DNA from: Candidatus Berkelbacteria bacterium
Lineage (GTDB): Bacteria > Patescibacteriota > UBA1384 > DTJR01
Direction: 5' to 3'
Assembly: GCA_026397175.1 (NCBI GenBank)
Contig: JAPLVK010000013.1
Location: 8,232 to 72,231, forward strand
DNA: 64,000 nucleotides
The notes below the pieces were generated by a model, which worked only from the letters and a program-made list of their open reading frames with translations, did not search any database and had not been told where the DNA came from. A program made the position numbers and the translations under genes. Every line of letters starts with the position of its first letter. Within the stretch, counting starts at the first letter, position 1. This document shows, piece by piece, positions 17,246-26,998 of the stretch.

Positions 17246-18763
17246 ATGGCAAAAAATACATCAGCAAATATAGGGTTTGAGGAAAAGCTTTGGGCGGCGG
17301 CAGATAAGATGCGCGGCAATATGGATCCAGCCGAATACAAGCATATTGTTTTAGGTCTTATTTTTTTGAAGTATATTTCGGACTCATTTGAATTGCTTCA
17401 CTCCAAAATTGAGAAAGAAGATGGGAGCGATGAAGCCGAGGACAAGGATTATTATACCGCCGAAAATACTTTCTGGGTGCCAAAAAAATCACGCTGGAAC
17501 TATATTCGTGATAATGCTCGCAAATCTGAAATTGGAAAAATCATTGACGACGCCATGTACGCGATCGAAAAAGAAAATCCTGACCTAAAGGGTGTTTTGC
17601 GCAAAGATTTTGCTCGACCGGCTCTCGACAAACAGCGGCTTGCGGGAGTTATTGATGTTATAAGCCAAGTTGACATGCAGGAAAATCAATCTCGCGATAT
17701 CATCGGCCGCATTTACGAGTATTTTCTTGGCAGATTTGCTGGTAGCGAAGGTAAGGGCGGGGGTGAATTTTATACTCCGCAATGTATAGTTAAACTGCTG
17801 GTAAATATGATTGAGCCATACAGCGGCCGTGTTTATGATCCGTGCTGTGGTAGCGGCGGCATGTTTGTTCAGGCAGAAATTTTCAACCAAAACAGCGAAG
17901 GCAGGAATGACGATTTAATCGTACTTGGTGAAGAGTCAAACCATACCACTTGGCAACTGTGCAAAATGAATCTCGCACTACATCATGTTGACAGTTCTAA
18001 AATAAAGTATGGAAATAGTTTTCACAGCGATCAACATCCAGACCTAAAAGCTGATTTTGTTCTGGCTAATCCGCCCTTCAACGATTCTGATTGGGATGGC
18101 CAGCTTTTGCGAAATGATGTTCGCTGGAAATATGGTGTGCCGCCAACTAGCAATGCAAACTATGCTTGGATGCAACATTTCATCCACCATTTATCGCCAA
18201 CCGGAATAGCCGGTTTCGTTATGGCGAACGGTGCAATGGCGGCGAACCAGTCCGGTGAGGGCGAAATCAGAAAGAATTTAATCAAGGCCGGCCTAGTTGA
18301 TTGTATGATAGCAATGCCAGACAAGCTTTTTTATAATGTACAAATTCCTTGCTCATTGTGGTTTCTGTCGCGCGATCGGTACGATCACAAATTCCGTAAC
18401 CGTCATGATGAAATTCTCTTTATCGATGCGCGAAAAATCGGCAAAATGGTTGACCGTCGACATCGCGAACTATCGGAAGAAGATATTAAAAAAATATCGG
18501 ATACATATCACAACTGGCGAAGTACAAGCGGTAAATATGAAGATATCAAAGGATTCTGCAAAGCCGCGAAAATAGAAGAGGTGGAGAAAAATGGTTTTGT
18601 CTTAACCCCCGGTCGCTATGTCGGCACCGAGCTCGTCGAGGAAGACGACGAAGTTTTTGAGGAAAAAATGAAGCGATTAACCACCGAACTTAACCAGCAG
18701 TTTGAGCAATCAAAAAGAATGGAAGAAAAAATTAGTGATATTTGGAATAAAATTGAATATTAA
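17246..18763 (+). CDS. hsdM: Type I restriction-modification methyltransferase subunit
   Basis: HsdM N-terminal domain; [10 protein letters not shown] (motif I); LANPPFN (motif IV). Confidence 0.95.
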   Translation: MAKNTSANIGFEEKLWAAADKMRGNMDPAEYKHIVLGLIFLKYISDSFELLHSKIEKEDGSDEAEDKDYYTAENTFWVPKKSRWNYIRDNARKSEIGKIIDDAMYAIEKENPDLKGVLRKDFARPALDKQRLAGVIDVISQVDMQENQSRDIIGRIYEYFLGRFAGSEGKGGGEFYTPQCIVKLLVNMIEPYSGRVYDPCCGSGGMFVQAEIFNQNSEGRNDDLIVLGEESNHTTWQLCKMNLALHHVDSSKIKYGNSFHSDQHPDLKADFVLANPPFNDSDWDGQLLRNDVRWKYGVPPTSNANYAWMQHFIHHLSPTGIAGFVMANGAMAANQSGEGEIRKNLIKAGLVDCMIAMPDKLFYNVQIPCSLWFLSRDRYDHKFRNRHDEILFIDARKIGKMVDRRHRELSEEDIKKISDTYHNWRSTSGKYEDIKGFCKAAKIEEVEKNGFVLTPGRYVGTELVEEDDEVFEEKMKRLTTELNQQFEQSKRMEEKISDIWNKIEY

Positions 18764-19484
18764 CCAAGCAGAATTAAAACTCCTTAAACTTTTAAAAGAC
18801 ATTAATCATTTCTATGTAGACAAATGTCTTGATTCTGTTGAAACTTGCAAATTGTCGTGTTTGCACGACAAGGTACTATTTGTTCTTTTTCTTAAAAGCT
18901 ATCAAACTTCCACGGCTATGTCACAAATCAGTGAGTATGATGAAGAATTATTAATGCTTGCAAGAACAATATTTGAAAATTATATTAATGCGAAATATAT
19001 ATTGAAAAACGACTCTGAAAAAATGGCTAAGTTGTTTTTAAACTTTGGTAAGATGTCTTCAATTAACTTATTAATTAAAATGAGTCCAGCCAGTAGCTCA
19101 AAGAAATTACTTTTACGATTAAAAATGTTACAGTCAGAGAGGGTGGCAGAAACAAAGAGTTTTGAAATAACAAGTCAATATAATTGGTCTTGCAAAACGC
19201 TGAAGTATATGGCTGAGTCTGTCGGATGCCTCGACGAATATGACATTACCTATAATTTATGTAGTATGTCAATCCACTCATGCTCTGTTAATCTTAAAAG
19301 GTATATTTTGCCCGAGGTTGAAAAGAATGATCAACTTAAAATACTTTCAAAATTAATTTCGATTAATAATAACTTAATGATGTTAGAGTTAGTATCTGAG
19401 CATTTTAATCTTGGGTTAGAAAACGATATTAAAGATTTTGCTAATGTCAAAAAAAGTATTGTTGATACATTAAGCTTTAAATAA
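18702..19484 (+). CDS. unknown protein embedded between hsdM and hsdS (the start may be the ATG at about 18918)
   Basis: ORF in a different frame overlapping the hsdM 3' end; no recognisable motif. Confidence 0.45.
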   Translation: MSNQKEWKKKLVIFGIKLNINQAELKLLKLLKDINHFYVDKCLDSVETCKLSCLHDKVLFVLFLKSYQTSTAMSQISEYDEELLMLARTIFENYINAKYILKNDSEKMAKLFLNFGKMSSINLLIKMSPASSSKKLLLRLKMLQSERVAETKSFEITSQYNWSCKTLKYMAESVGCLDEYDITYNLCSMSIHSCSVNLKRYILPEVEKNDQLKILSKLISINNNLMMLELVSEHFNLGLENDIKDFANVKKSIVDTLSFK

Positions 19485-19539
19485 TAGCATTAATAATAAA
19501 AAAAATCCAAGATACCAAGCTGGGGCTAATTAGAGAGGA

Positions 19540-20178
19540 TTGGATAACAATAAAATGAAAACAGCCATGGATTATATAGTCAATCATAAAGAATATTTTG
19601 TGATTATTGCCCAGCTAGCAATAGCTCCATTGGTTATTGGTGTTATTTCCGGTTATGTGGCAAACGCGCTGTCAGCAAAAATTGATAAGAAGAAGTGGGA
19701 ACACGCAGAAAATTATTTTAATAAACAAGTCGAAATTCTATTAATGAAAACGCTACTATCTTTAAGAATTTATTCTGGGCTCAAGCTCGATAACGAATTT
19801 GCGGAAGGGAAGAAGGTTTTAGATTTTATAAAAATAAATCTCATCGATAATATTGAAAATTATAAAAAGACAATAATGTTTCCGACCGCAAAAGCTGGTC
19901 AGATGTTCGCTAGCAATCTAGCAGGTTTGAAGCAAGAGTCAGAGTCTTTGCATAGACAATTGCTTAGTTTTCAAATTCCAAATGCTAAACTCCTTAAAAT
20001 AATTGAGGATCTAATACAAGAGATCGATTTAATCCTAATCCCTTTTCAAGTGTTCCCAGAAATTATTGATCCTCAATATGCTAGTGATAAAAATCTAGAA
20101 TTAGATAGAAGTAGTCTATTTGTTAATTATAAAAACCTAGCAATTATTAGCTATAAGTTTATAAATGATATTACATAA
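19540..20178 (+). CDS. unknown membrane-anchored protein (one N-terminal TM helix) embedded between hsdM and hsdS
   Basis: hydrophobic segment IIAQLAIAPLVIGVISGYVANAL; overlaps the hsdS start by 14 nt. Confidence 0.5.
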   Translation: MDNNKMKTAMDYIVNHKEYFVIIAQLAIAPLVIGVISGYVANALSAKIDKKKWEHAENYFNKQVEILLMKTLLSLRIYSGLKLDNEFAEGKKVLDFIKINLIDNIENYKKTIMFPTAKAGQMFASNLAGLKQESESLHRQLLSFQIPNAKLLKIIEDLIQEIDLILIPFQVFPEIIDPQYASDKNLELDRSSLFVNYKNLAIISYKFINDIT

Positions 20179-21358
20179 CGACACAAAATTTAAAGAAACT
20201 GAGCTGGGACTAATTCCGGAGGATTGGGAAATTGATATGCTCGGAAACCGAGCCGATGTTATCATGGGCCAATCTCCTGAATCAAAATATTACAACAAAA
20301 ACCAAGAGGGCCTGTACTTTATGCAAGGGGTAAGAACCTTTGGCGAAAAATATCCGATCTTTGACACTTGGACGACAAGCGCAACTAAAACCGCACCAGC
20401 AGAATCAGTTCTTATGAGCGTCAGAGCTCCGGTTGGTGATCTAAACATTACTCCAGTAGAAATGTGTCTTGGCCGAGGCCTTGCTGCCATAAATGCTAAA
20501 AATGGCAATAACGAATACATCTATCAGCTATTAGAAGCATATCGAGATAAAGTCCTTGGGCAAGAGACGGGAACAGTCTATGGTTCTATTTCTAGAGATG
20601 ACATTTTTAACCTAGAACTACCTTTTGCCCCAAAAGATGAACAGCAAAAAATTGCGGAGGTTTTGGGGACGTTGGATGAGAAGATTGAATTGAATCACAA
20701 AATGAATAAAACTCTGGAATCCCTCGCCCAGGCGATATTTAAAAAATGGTTTATCGAGAATGCTGATCCGGACTGGGAAACTAAGAAACTTAAAGACATT
20801 TGTGAAATTAAAAATGGCTTTGCATTTAAAAGTGGAGATTATTCAAAAGAAGGCATTTTTCTATTACGCACAAGCAATTTTAACTCTGAAGGATACGCGG
20901 TTAAAAATGACCCCATATTTTTACCGAATAATTTCTATCAAACATTCTCAAATTACCGTCTCAAAAGATTTGATATATTGCTTGTAATGGTTGGAGCGAG
21001 TGTTGGTAAGCGATCATTTGTATTTTCAAATATATTGCCAGCACTTCAGAATCAGAATATGTGGAATTTCCGTGCGTATGACCAAAAGAATCAGTTCTTC
21101 CTAAAATTTATGATTGATCAAATTGTCGAATCGAATATTGGATCGGCTTCTGGCAGTGCTCGAGATTTTTTTCGTAAGGATTATTTCAGAGAAATCGAAT
21201 TCAACTTACCCAACCAGAATCTTCTTGATAAATTTTATGAAAGATTATTACCCCAGTTCGAAATGATTGATAAAAATATAAAAGAAATCGACACTTTATC
21301 GCAAATCCGCGATTCCCTTTTGCCAAGATTAATGAGTGGAAAACTGAGGGTAACTTAA
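20165..21358 (+). CDS. hsdS: Type I R-M specificity subunit with two target-recognition domains
   Basis: conserved central and C-terminal HsdS repeats (LPFAPKDEQQKIAEVLGTLDEKIELN; LPRLMSGKL). Confidence 0.9.
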   Translation: MILHNDTKFKETELGLIPEDWEIDMLGNRADVIMGQSPESKYYNKNQEGLYFMQGVRTFGEKYPIFDTWTTSATKTAPAESVLMSVRAPVGDLNITPVEMCLGRGLAAINAKNGNNEYIYQLLEAYRDKVLGQETGTVYGSISRDDIFNLELPFAPKDEQQKIAEVLGTLDEKIELNHKMNKTLESLAQAIFKKWFIENADPDWETKKLKDICEIKNGFAFKSGDYSKEGIFLLRTSNFNSEGYAVKNDPIFLPNNFYQTFSNYRLKRFDILLVMVGASVGKRSFVFSNILPALQNQNMWNFRAYDQKNQFFLKFMIDQIVESNIGSASGSARDFFRKDYFREIEFNLPNQNLLDKFYERLLPQFEMIDKNIKEIDTLSQIRDSLLPRLMSGKLRVT

Positions 21359-21373
21359 TTAATAAGGAGAAGT

Positions 21374-22096
21374 ATGAGCAAAAAGAATGACTCATTTATT
21401 TCTAGACAAATCATAGAAGTCCGTTTTAAAAACAAAGTATTCAATTTTATTGATATCAGGGGAGAGTTTGCTGATTATGTTGTTAATAAATTGAAGTACG
21501 AAGAAATTGCAATTGCTGGAAATAGGGTTGACTTTACAACACTTGATAGAACTAAAAAAAGCTTTTTCAGCTGGGAAAACTTCGGGATTCAGCTTGACGG
21601 AGAAGGTAATTTCGACAACTTCAATAAGAGTATTAGTGAAAATATTGTAATGCTCAAAAATTATAAAAAAATTTCTCTTCCAGAAATAATTAGGATCGGT
21701 ACGCGGATTACTGGGTTGTATCACTTCCCAAATAAGTCAGTCGCCCAAATCAAGAAATCATTCGATGATGTATTCTTCTCTCATCAGGCACTATTTGAGG
21801 AGAAATCTGGAATATCAATTAAGGATAATGGGCTTTTTGCAATGGATATAGAAAAAGAAGGATTAAAGGCTCATGTTAGCGTCGGGATAATGACTAAAGA
21901 TGAATCGATCGCAAAAGTTTTTTCGGATAAACTCTATGATGCTTACAATTACGAATCAGGAATTTTTCATGATATCGACTTATATGACGAGGCTCCAACA
22001 GTTAAAAACTTTGATGACCTTCAGTCGAGAGTATCATCTCAAATTGAAAAACTGAGACAGTTACAATTAGATATTGTAAAAAAACTGGAGCAATAA
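21374..22096 (+). CDS. unknown protein (240 aa) embedded between hsdS and hsdR
   Basis: strong SD AAGGAG; no recognisable motif. Confidence 0.55.
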   Translation: MSKKNDSFISRQIIEVRFKNKVFNFIDIRGEFADYVVNKLKYEEIAIAGNRVDFTTLDRTKKSFFSWENFGIQLDGEGNFDNFNKSISENIVMLKNYKKISLPEIIRIGTRITGLYHFPNKSVAQIKKSFDDVFFSHQALFEEKSGISIKDNGLFAMDIEKEGLKAHVSVGIMTKDESIAKVFSDKLYDAYNYESGIFHDIDLYDEAPTVKNFDDLQSRVSSQIEKLRQLQLDIVKKLEQ

Positions 22097-22097
22097 G

Positions 22098-22619
22098 ATG
22101 GACGAGAACCAGGCAGATCACACCCAAGGCTCTGCTATACAACCGGACTTTATTTCTGTTAAAAATTCCGGGGAAGAGACAAGCCCAGGAACTGAGAAAA
22201 ATATTGATAAAGTTATTGAGGACAAGGGTCCCGGGGGTTTTGTAATTGGCTTAGTTGATTCATTTGAGAAAAAATTTCCTACTGCCTTCTTTATTCTCGT
22301 GGTTGTAGGATATATTATTATCGAATCATTTGGTTCTCATAATATAAGAATTTACCAATACTCGGCAGTAATCTTGGTGAGCTTGATATTCTATTGTTTT
22401 TTAAAGTATTCGAGCGAAATTTTTGGTTGGTTTAGGCGGATTGGGTTAGAAGCAAAAAATAATCAAATAGCTACATATCTGGTCTCGTTTCTTGTTGTTG
22501 CGGTATTATGTATAGTATATTACTATTTCGGAACTCCGAAGTTATACTTTGAAAAGCGTCATAAGATTATCAATTCCGCTTGTGTGCAAACACAGCAATT
22601 TATTAAGGGGACTGAATGA
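22098..22619 (+). CDS. unknown small membrane protein (3-4 TM helices) embedded between hsdS and hsdR
   Basis: starts 2 nt after the previous stop; ATGA overlap with hsdR. Confidence 0.5.
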   Translation: MDENQADHTQGSAIQPDFISVKNSGEETSPGTEKNIDKVIEDKGPGGFVIGLVDSFEKKFPTAFFILVVVGYIIIESFGSHNIRIYQYSAVILVSLIFYCFLKYSSEIFGWFRRIGLEAKNNQIATYLVSFLVVAVLCIVYYYFGTPKLYFEKRHKIINSACVQTQQFIKGTE

Positions 22620-25600
22620 AATATACAGAATCAACATTAGAAGAAGCGACGAAGGAATGGTTTGAGGAATTGGGATACCAAACTATTTATGGGCCGGAGA
22701 TTGAGTCGGAAGCCGAAAAAGCCGAGCGGAAGGACTTTTCGCAAGTGGTTTTGGAAGGACGGCTAAAAAGTGCAATTGAAAAGCTAAATCCAAACATTCC
22801 AGCGGATGCAGTCGAAGAAGCATTTAAGAAAGTGGTTAATGTTACAAATGCTACTTCGCTTTTGATTTCGAACAATCAGCTTTTTCATAAATATTTGGTA
22901 AATGGAATTGATGTTGAGTATCGCCGAGACGATGGCACGATTGCTGGGGATAAAGTCTGGCTTATAGATAAAGAGAATATTGATAATAATGATTGGGTTT
23001 GGCTGGATCAGTTTACGGTAAAAGAGAACGAGATCCTGAAACAAGTTCAGGATGACACAAGGGTCAGGCGGCCGGATGTGGTGATATTTGTGAACGGTTT
23101 GCCACTCGCTGTTTTTGAACTCAAGAATTTGGCTGATGAAAATGTGGGGATCAAAGAAGCGTTCAATCAGTTTCAAACTTATAAAAACGATATTCCCTCG
23201 CTTTTTGCATATAGCGAACTTCTGGTAATTTCCGACGGGGCGGAAGCCAAAGTCGGCTCCATAACCTCGGATAATGATCGGTTTATGCGCTGGCGAAGTG
23301 TTGACGGCGCAGAATTAGCAAGCGATGCCGTGCCACAATTAGAAACTTTAATTAAAGGAGTGTTTGATAAAAAGCGCTTTCTGGACATTGTTTGTAATTT
23401 TATTGTTTTTAATACATTTAAAACCCCACTTCGCCAAGGTTACGCGGGGCAGGCATCCGGCGTAGAAAATATTGCCAAGATAGTACCGGCTTATCACCAG
23501 TATTTTGCAACAAACAAAGCCCTAGAAAGCACTATTCAGGCAACTGCAGATGATGGCGATCAGCGCGCCGGTGTGGTTTGGCACACACAGGGAAGCGGAA
23601 AGAGTTTAACTATGGCATTCTATGCCGGCAAGCTGATCCAAGCTTTGAAAAATCCGACGGTTGTTGTTTTGACTGATAGGAACGATTTGGACGATCAGCT
23701 TTTTGATACTTTTAGCAAGTGTTCCGACCTATTAAAACAAACACCTGTTCAAGCCAAGAACCGACGACACCTACGAGAGCTTCTGAAAGTAGCCAGTGGC
23801 GGGGTGGTATTTACTACCATTCAAAAGTTTTTGGACAAGGGTTTTCTGGAGAAAATGTTGTTAACTGATCGAAGAAATGCTGTAGTGATTGCCGATGAAG
23901 CCCACCGCAGCCAATATGATTTTATTGATGGCTATGCCAGAAGCATGAGAGAATCATTACCAAATGCTTCGTTTATTGGCTTTACGGGTACACCGATCGA
24001 GTTGTCCGACAAAAACACAAAGGCGGTTTTTGGCGGTTATGTCGATGTCTATGATATTTCCCAAGCTGTGGCCGATAAAGCAACCGTGCCGATATTTTAT
24101 GAAGCCAGATTGGCAAAAATTAATTTACTGGAAAGTGAAAAACCAAAAATTGATGCTGATTTCAATGATATTACTGAGGGCGAAGAAGTCGAAATGGTTG
24201 AGAAGCTCAAGAATAAATGGGCGCGACTTGAGGCGATGGTCGGTAGCGAAAAACGAATTAAACAAATTGCGCAGGATATTGTCGAACATTTCGAAAACCG
24301 GCTAGATGTGATGGATGGCAAGGGGATGATAGTTTCGATGAGTCGAAGAATTGCTGTTGAACTTTATGATGAAATTATTAAGCTTAGGCCGGATTGGCAT
24401 AACGATTCTGATAAAAAAGGTTTTATTAAAGTAATTATGACCGGTTCGGCCAGTGATCCATTGCCTTATCAAAAACATATTCGCAATAAAGAGTCTTTGC
24501 GCGAGATGGCAGATCGGATGAAAGATCCGAGCGATGAGTTGAAATTGGTAATTGTTCGGGACATGTGGCTGACAGGTTTTGATGTGCCAAGCATGCACAC
24601 AATGTACATAGATAAGCCGATGAAGGGTCATGGACTGATGCAGGCGATTGCTAGAGTTAATCGAGTTTATAAAGAGAAGCCGGGCGGTTTGGTTGTTGAC
24701 TATTTAGGCATTGCTCCGCAACTCAAGGAGGCCTTGGCTGAATATTCCGAAAACGATCAGGAAAACACGGCAATAGATCAGGAGAAAGCCGTTTCTGTCA
24801 TGCTTGAGAAATTCGAAGTTTTGCGAGGAATATTTCACGAGTTTGATTACGAGAGATATTTTAAGATGAAGCGATCTGACAAGACGAAATTTTTCGGTGA
24901 TGCTATGGATTTTGTTTTATCAATAGAGCCGGATAATGAAGAATCTAAAAAACGGTTTAATAAGGCAGTGGTTGAGCTATCAAAAGCCTTTGCTCTGGCA
25001 GTGCCGCACGAAAAAGCATTAAAGATTAAGGATCATGTCGGGTTTTTCCAGGCGTTAAAAGCATATGTTCGAAAAATTTCGCCTGTTTCCGGGCCGACTG
25101 AAGAAGATTATGATTTAGCCATCAAGCAAATTGTTTCAGATTCGATCGCATCCGGCGAAATAATCGATGTATTTAAGGCGGCTGGACTCGGTAAGCCAAA
25201 TGTTGAAATTCTCTCCGATGAATTTTTGGAGGAAGTGCGAGGGCTGGGCAGAAAAAATGTTGCTTTGGAAATATTAAAGAAGCTGCTGAATGATGAGATC
25301 AGATCGATTATGCGCAAGAATATGGTAAAAGGAAAATCATTTGCCGAGATGTTGGAAGCGACTCTGATTAAATATCAAAACCGAACAATAGAAGCGGCAC
25401 AGGTGATTGCCGATCTAATTGAACTGGCTAAAGAATTGAGAGGCGAAGTTAAGCGAGGAAAAGAGACGGGGCTGTCTGACGATGAAATTGCGTTTTACGA
25501 TGCTTTGGCCGAAAATGAGAGCGCAAAACTTGAGATTGGTGATGAAACGCTAAAAAAGATCGCCAAAGAGCTGGTTGTGATGATGCGAGAGAACGCGACG

Positions 25601-25759
25601 ATTGATTGGACATTGCGCGACGCAATTAAAGCAAGAATGAGAATCTATATTAAGAAATTGTTGAAAAAGTACGATTATCCGCCAGACAAACAGGAAGGCG
25701 CAACTCAGCTGGTTTTGTTGCAAGCCGAAACGATTGGAAAAGATTGGGGAGAAAAGTAA
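22616..25759 (+). CDS. hsdR: Type I restriction enzyme R subunit
   Basis: Walker A GSGKS; DEAH box [10 protein letters not shown]; overall HsdR architecture. Confidence 0.95.
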   Translation: MKYTESTLEEATKEWFEELGYQTIYGPEIESEAEKAERKDFSQVVLEGRLKSAIEKLNPNIPADAVEEAFKKVVNVTNATSLLISNNQLFHKYLVNGIDVEYRRDDGTIAGDKVWLIDKENIDNNDWVWLDQFTVKENEILKQVQDDTRVRRPDVVIFVNGLPLAVFELKNLADENVGIKEAFNQFQTYKNDIPSLFAYSELLVISDGAEAKVGSITSDNDRFMRWRSVDGAELASDAVPQLETLIKGVFDKKRFLDIVCNFIVFNTFKTPLRQGYAGQASGVENIAKIVPAYHQYFATNKALESTIQATADDGDQRAGVVWHTQGSGKSLTMAFYAGKLIQALKNPTVVVLTDRNDLDDQLFDTFSKCSDLLKQTPVQAKNRRHLRELLKVASGGVVFTTIQKFLDKGFLEKMLLTDRRNAVVIADEAHRSQYDFIDGYARSMRESLPNASFIGFTGTPIELSDKNTKAVFGGYVDVYDISQAVADKATVPIFYEARLAKINLLESEKPKIDADFNDITEGEEVEMVEKLKNKWARLEAMVGSEKRIKQIAQDIVEHFENRLDVMDGKGMIVSMSRRIAVELYDEIIKLRPDWHNDSDKKGFIKVIMTGSASDPLPYQKHIRNKESLREMADRMKDPSDELKLVIVRDMWLTGFDVPSMHTMYIDKPMKGHGLMQAIARVNRVYKEKPGGLVVDYLGIAPQLKEALAEYSENDQENTAIDQEKAVSVMLEKFEVLRGIFHEFDYERYFKMKRSDKTKFFGDAMDFVLSIEPDNEESKKRFNKAVVELSKAFALAVPHEKALKIKDHVGFFQALKAYVRKISPVSGPTEEDYDLAIKQIVSDSIASGEIIDVFKAAGLGKPNVEILSDEFLEEVRGLGRKNVALEILKKLLNDEIRSIMRKNMVKGKSFAEMLEATLIKYQNRTIEAAQVIADLIELAKELRGEVKRGKETGLSDDEIAFYDALAENESAKLEIGDETLKKIAKELVVMMRENATIDWTLRDAIKARMRIYIKKLLKKYDYPPDKQEGATQLVLLQAETIGKDWGEK

Positions 25760-25870
25760 CGATTGCCGCGCAAATTGATAAAATTTTTATAGCTTATTCC
25801 AAAAAAGATTTTGAGTTGCCTGGCGAATTATTAGAAAACAAGATGAAAACGAAAAAATTTAGGGGGGATC

Positions 25871-26272
25871 ATGAACTATCAGAAATCATACACCAACTAC
25901 AAACGCCCGCCGCTTTCGCCGCCGCCATATTTGTTTGGAATTGTTTGGCCGATTCTGTATGTGCTGATTATCATTTCATACGGATTTGTTTTCTATCAGG
26001 CGATTAAGGGAAATATTTCAGGGTTGCTTACTATCCCATTCATCATTAATCTAATTGCCAACGGACTTTTTACTTATTTTCAATTTAAGCTCAAGAATAA
26101 TCTTCTGGCTGCAATTGATATTGTCATTGTTCTTGCCACAATAATCCTGACTATGATTTTGATCTGGCCGGATTATCATTGGGTTACATATCTACAAATT
26201 CCGTATTTGATCTGGGTAATATTTGCCACCTATCTGCAATTCGGAGTCACAATCTTAAATCGCGATAATTGA
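25871..26272 (+). CDS. TspO/MBR-like membrane protein, short form
   Basis: RPPLSPPPYLFGIVWPILY... matches the TspO layout; SD AGGGGGG. Confidence 0.5.
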   Translation: MNYQKSYTNYKRPPLSPPPYLFGIVWPILYVLIIISYGFVFYQAIKGNISGLLTIPFIINLIANGLFTYFQFKLKNNLLAAIDIVIVLATIILTMILIWPDYHWVTYLQIPYLIWVIFATYLQFGVTILNRDN

Positions 26273-26312
26273 TCCAAACGCAATTTTTTTGGAAATAAAA
26301 TAATGGAGGAAT

Positions 26313-26663
26313 ATGGGCGAAATAGAAGGATCGATTGGTGTTGCTCAATATAAAGATTTACTTGATATGATGCCCGCAGAAAAACTACCGGTCTCGAGAG
26401 ATGAGCTAAGGATACTACAGGGTTCAATGAAATATTGGTATCCCGACTTTTATAATATGCACAGTCCTTTGGTCAAAGAATACGGAGATGGAGTGGTCAG
26501 AGCGACAAGGTTGCACCATCTTCTATCCGGAAGCAGCTTACCAATTTCAGATTGGGAGAAATTCAAAAACGATACTCCGGGTGGCGAAATGGGTGATTTT
26601 ACAAGATCGGTTGTCGAGAAATATGGTCCAGAAGACAAGGGTGCCTTAGACAGGACCGCTTAA
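26313..26663 (+). CDS. hypothetical protein
   Basis: ORF with SD GGAGGAA. Confidence 0.4.
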   Translation: MGEIEGSIGVAQYKDLLDMMPAEKLPVSRDELRILQGSMKYWYPDFYNMHSPLVKEYGDGVVRATRLHHLLSGSSLPISDWEKFKNDTPGGEMGDFTRSVVEKYGPEDKGALDRTA

Positions 26664-26832
26664 AAAGTACCCTTGACCCTTGGAGAAGCTACACTTTTAC
26701 CTTGACGATTATTCTGCCCGTATTAGCTAAAGCACCTGCCCAAAGCTGCTGCAACGCTGCAGGCGGGTAAAGTATCAGAGCTTTTGCAGACGGGCGATAA
26801 AGATTAGTAATAACCGATACTCTCGTGTTGGG

Positions 26833-26861
26833 GTTGACAAGGCAGGGGAAAAAAGTTACAA
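26833..26861 (+). promoter_or_regulatory. consensus sigma70 promoter (TTGACA, 17 nt spacer, TACAAT) with a leader of about 135 nt for rpoB
   Basis: read directly. Confidence 0.55.
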
Positions 26862-26998
26862 TTAAGTAAATATTTAAGAATCATAGAGAAAACAGCTTGT
26901 GAAAAAACATTTCTGCTAGAAAAAGCAGGAGGGGTTTGCTTGCGTTGGGCAAGGTAATTTAAGTTTTGTAACAAATCAACTTAAGGGGAATCTTCAAC

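Noticed and set aside
25744-26007. 87-aa ORF overlapping the hsdR stop and the TspO-like start
   Set aside because: It is out of frame with both better-supported genes; the TspO-like gene has its own SD.
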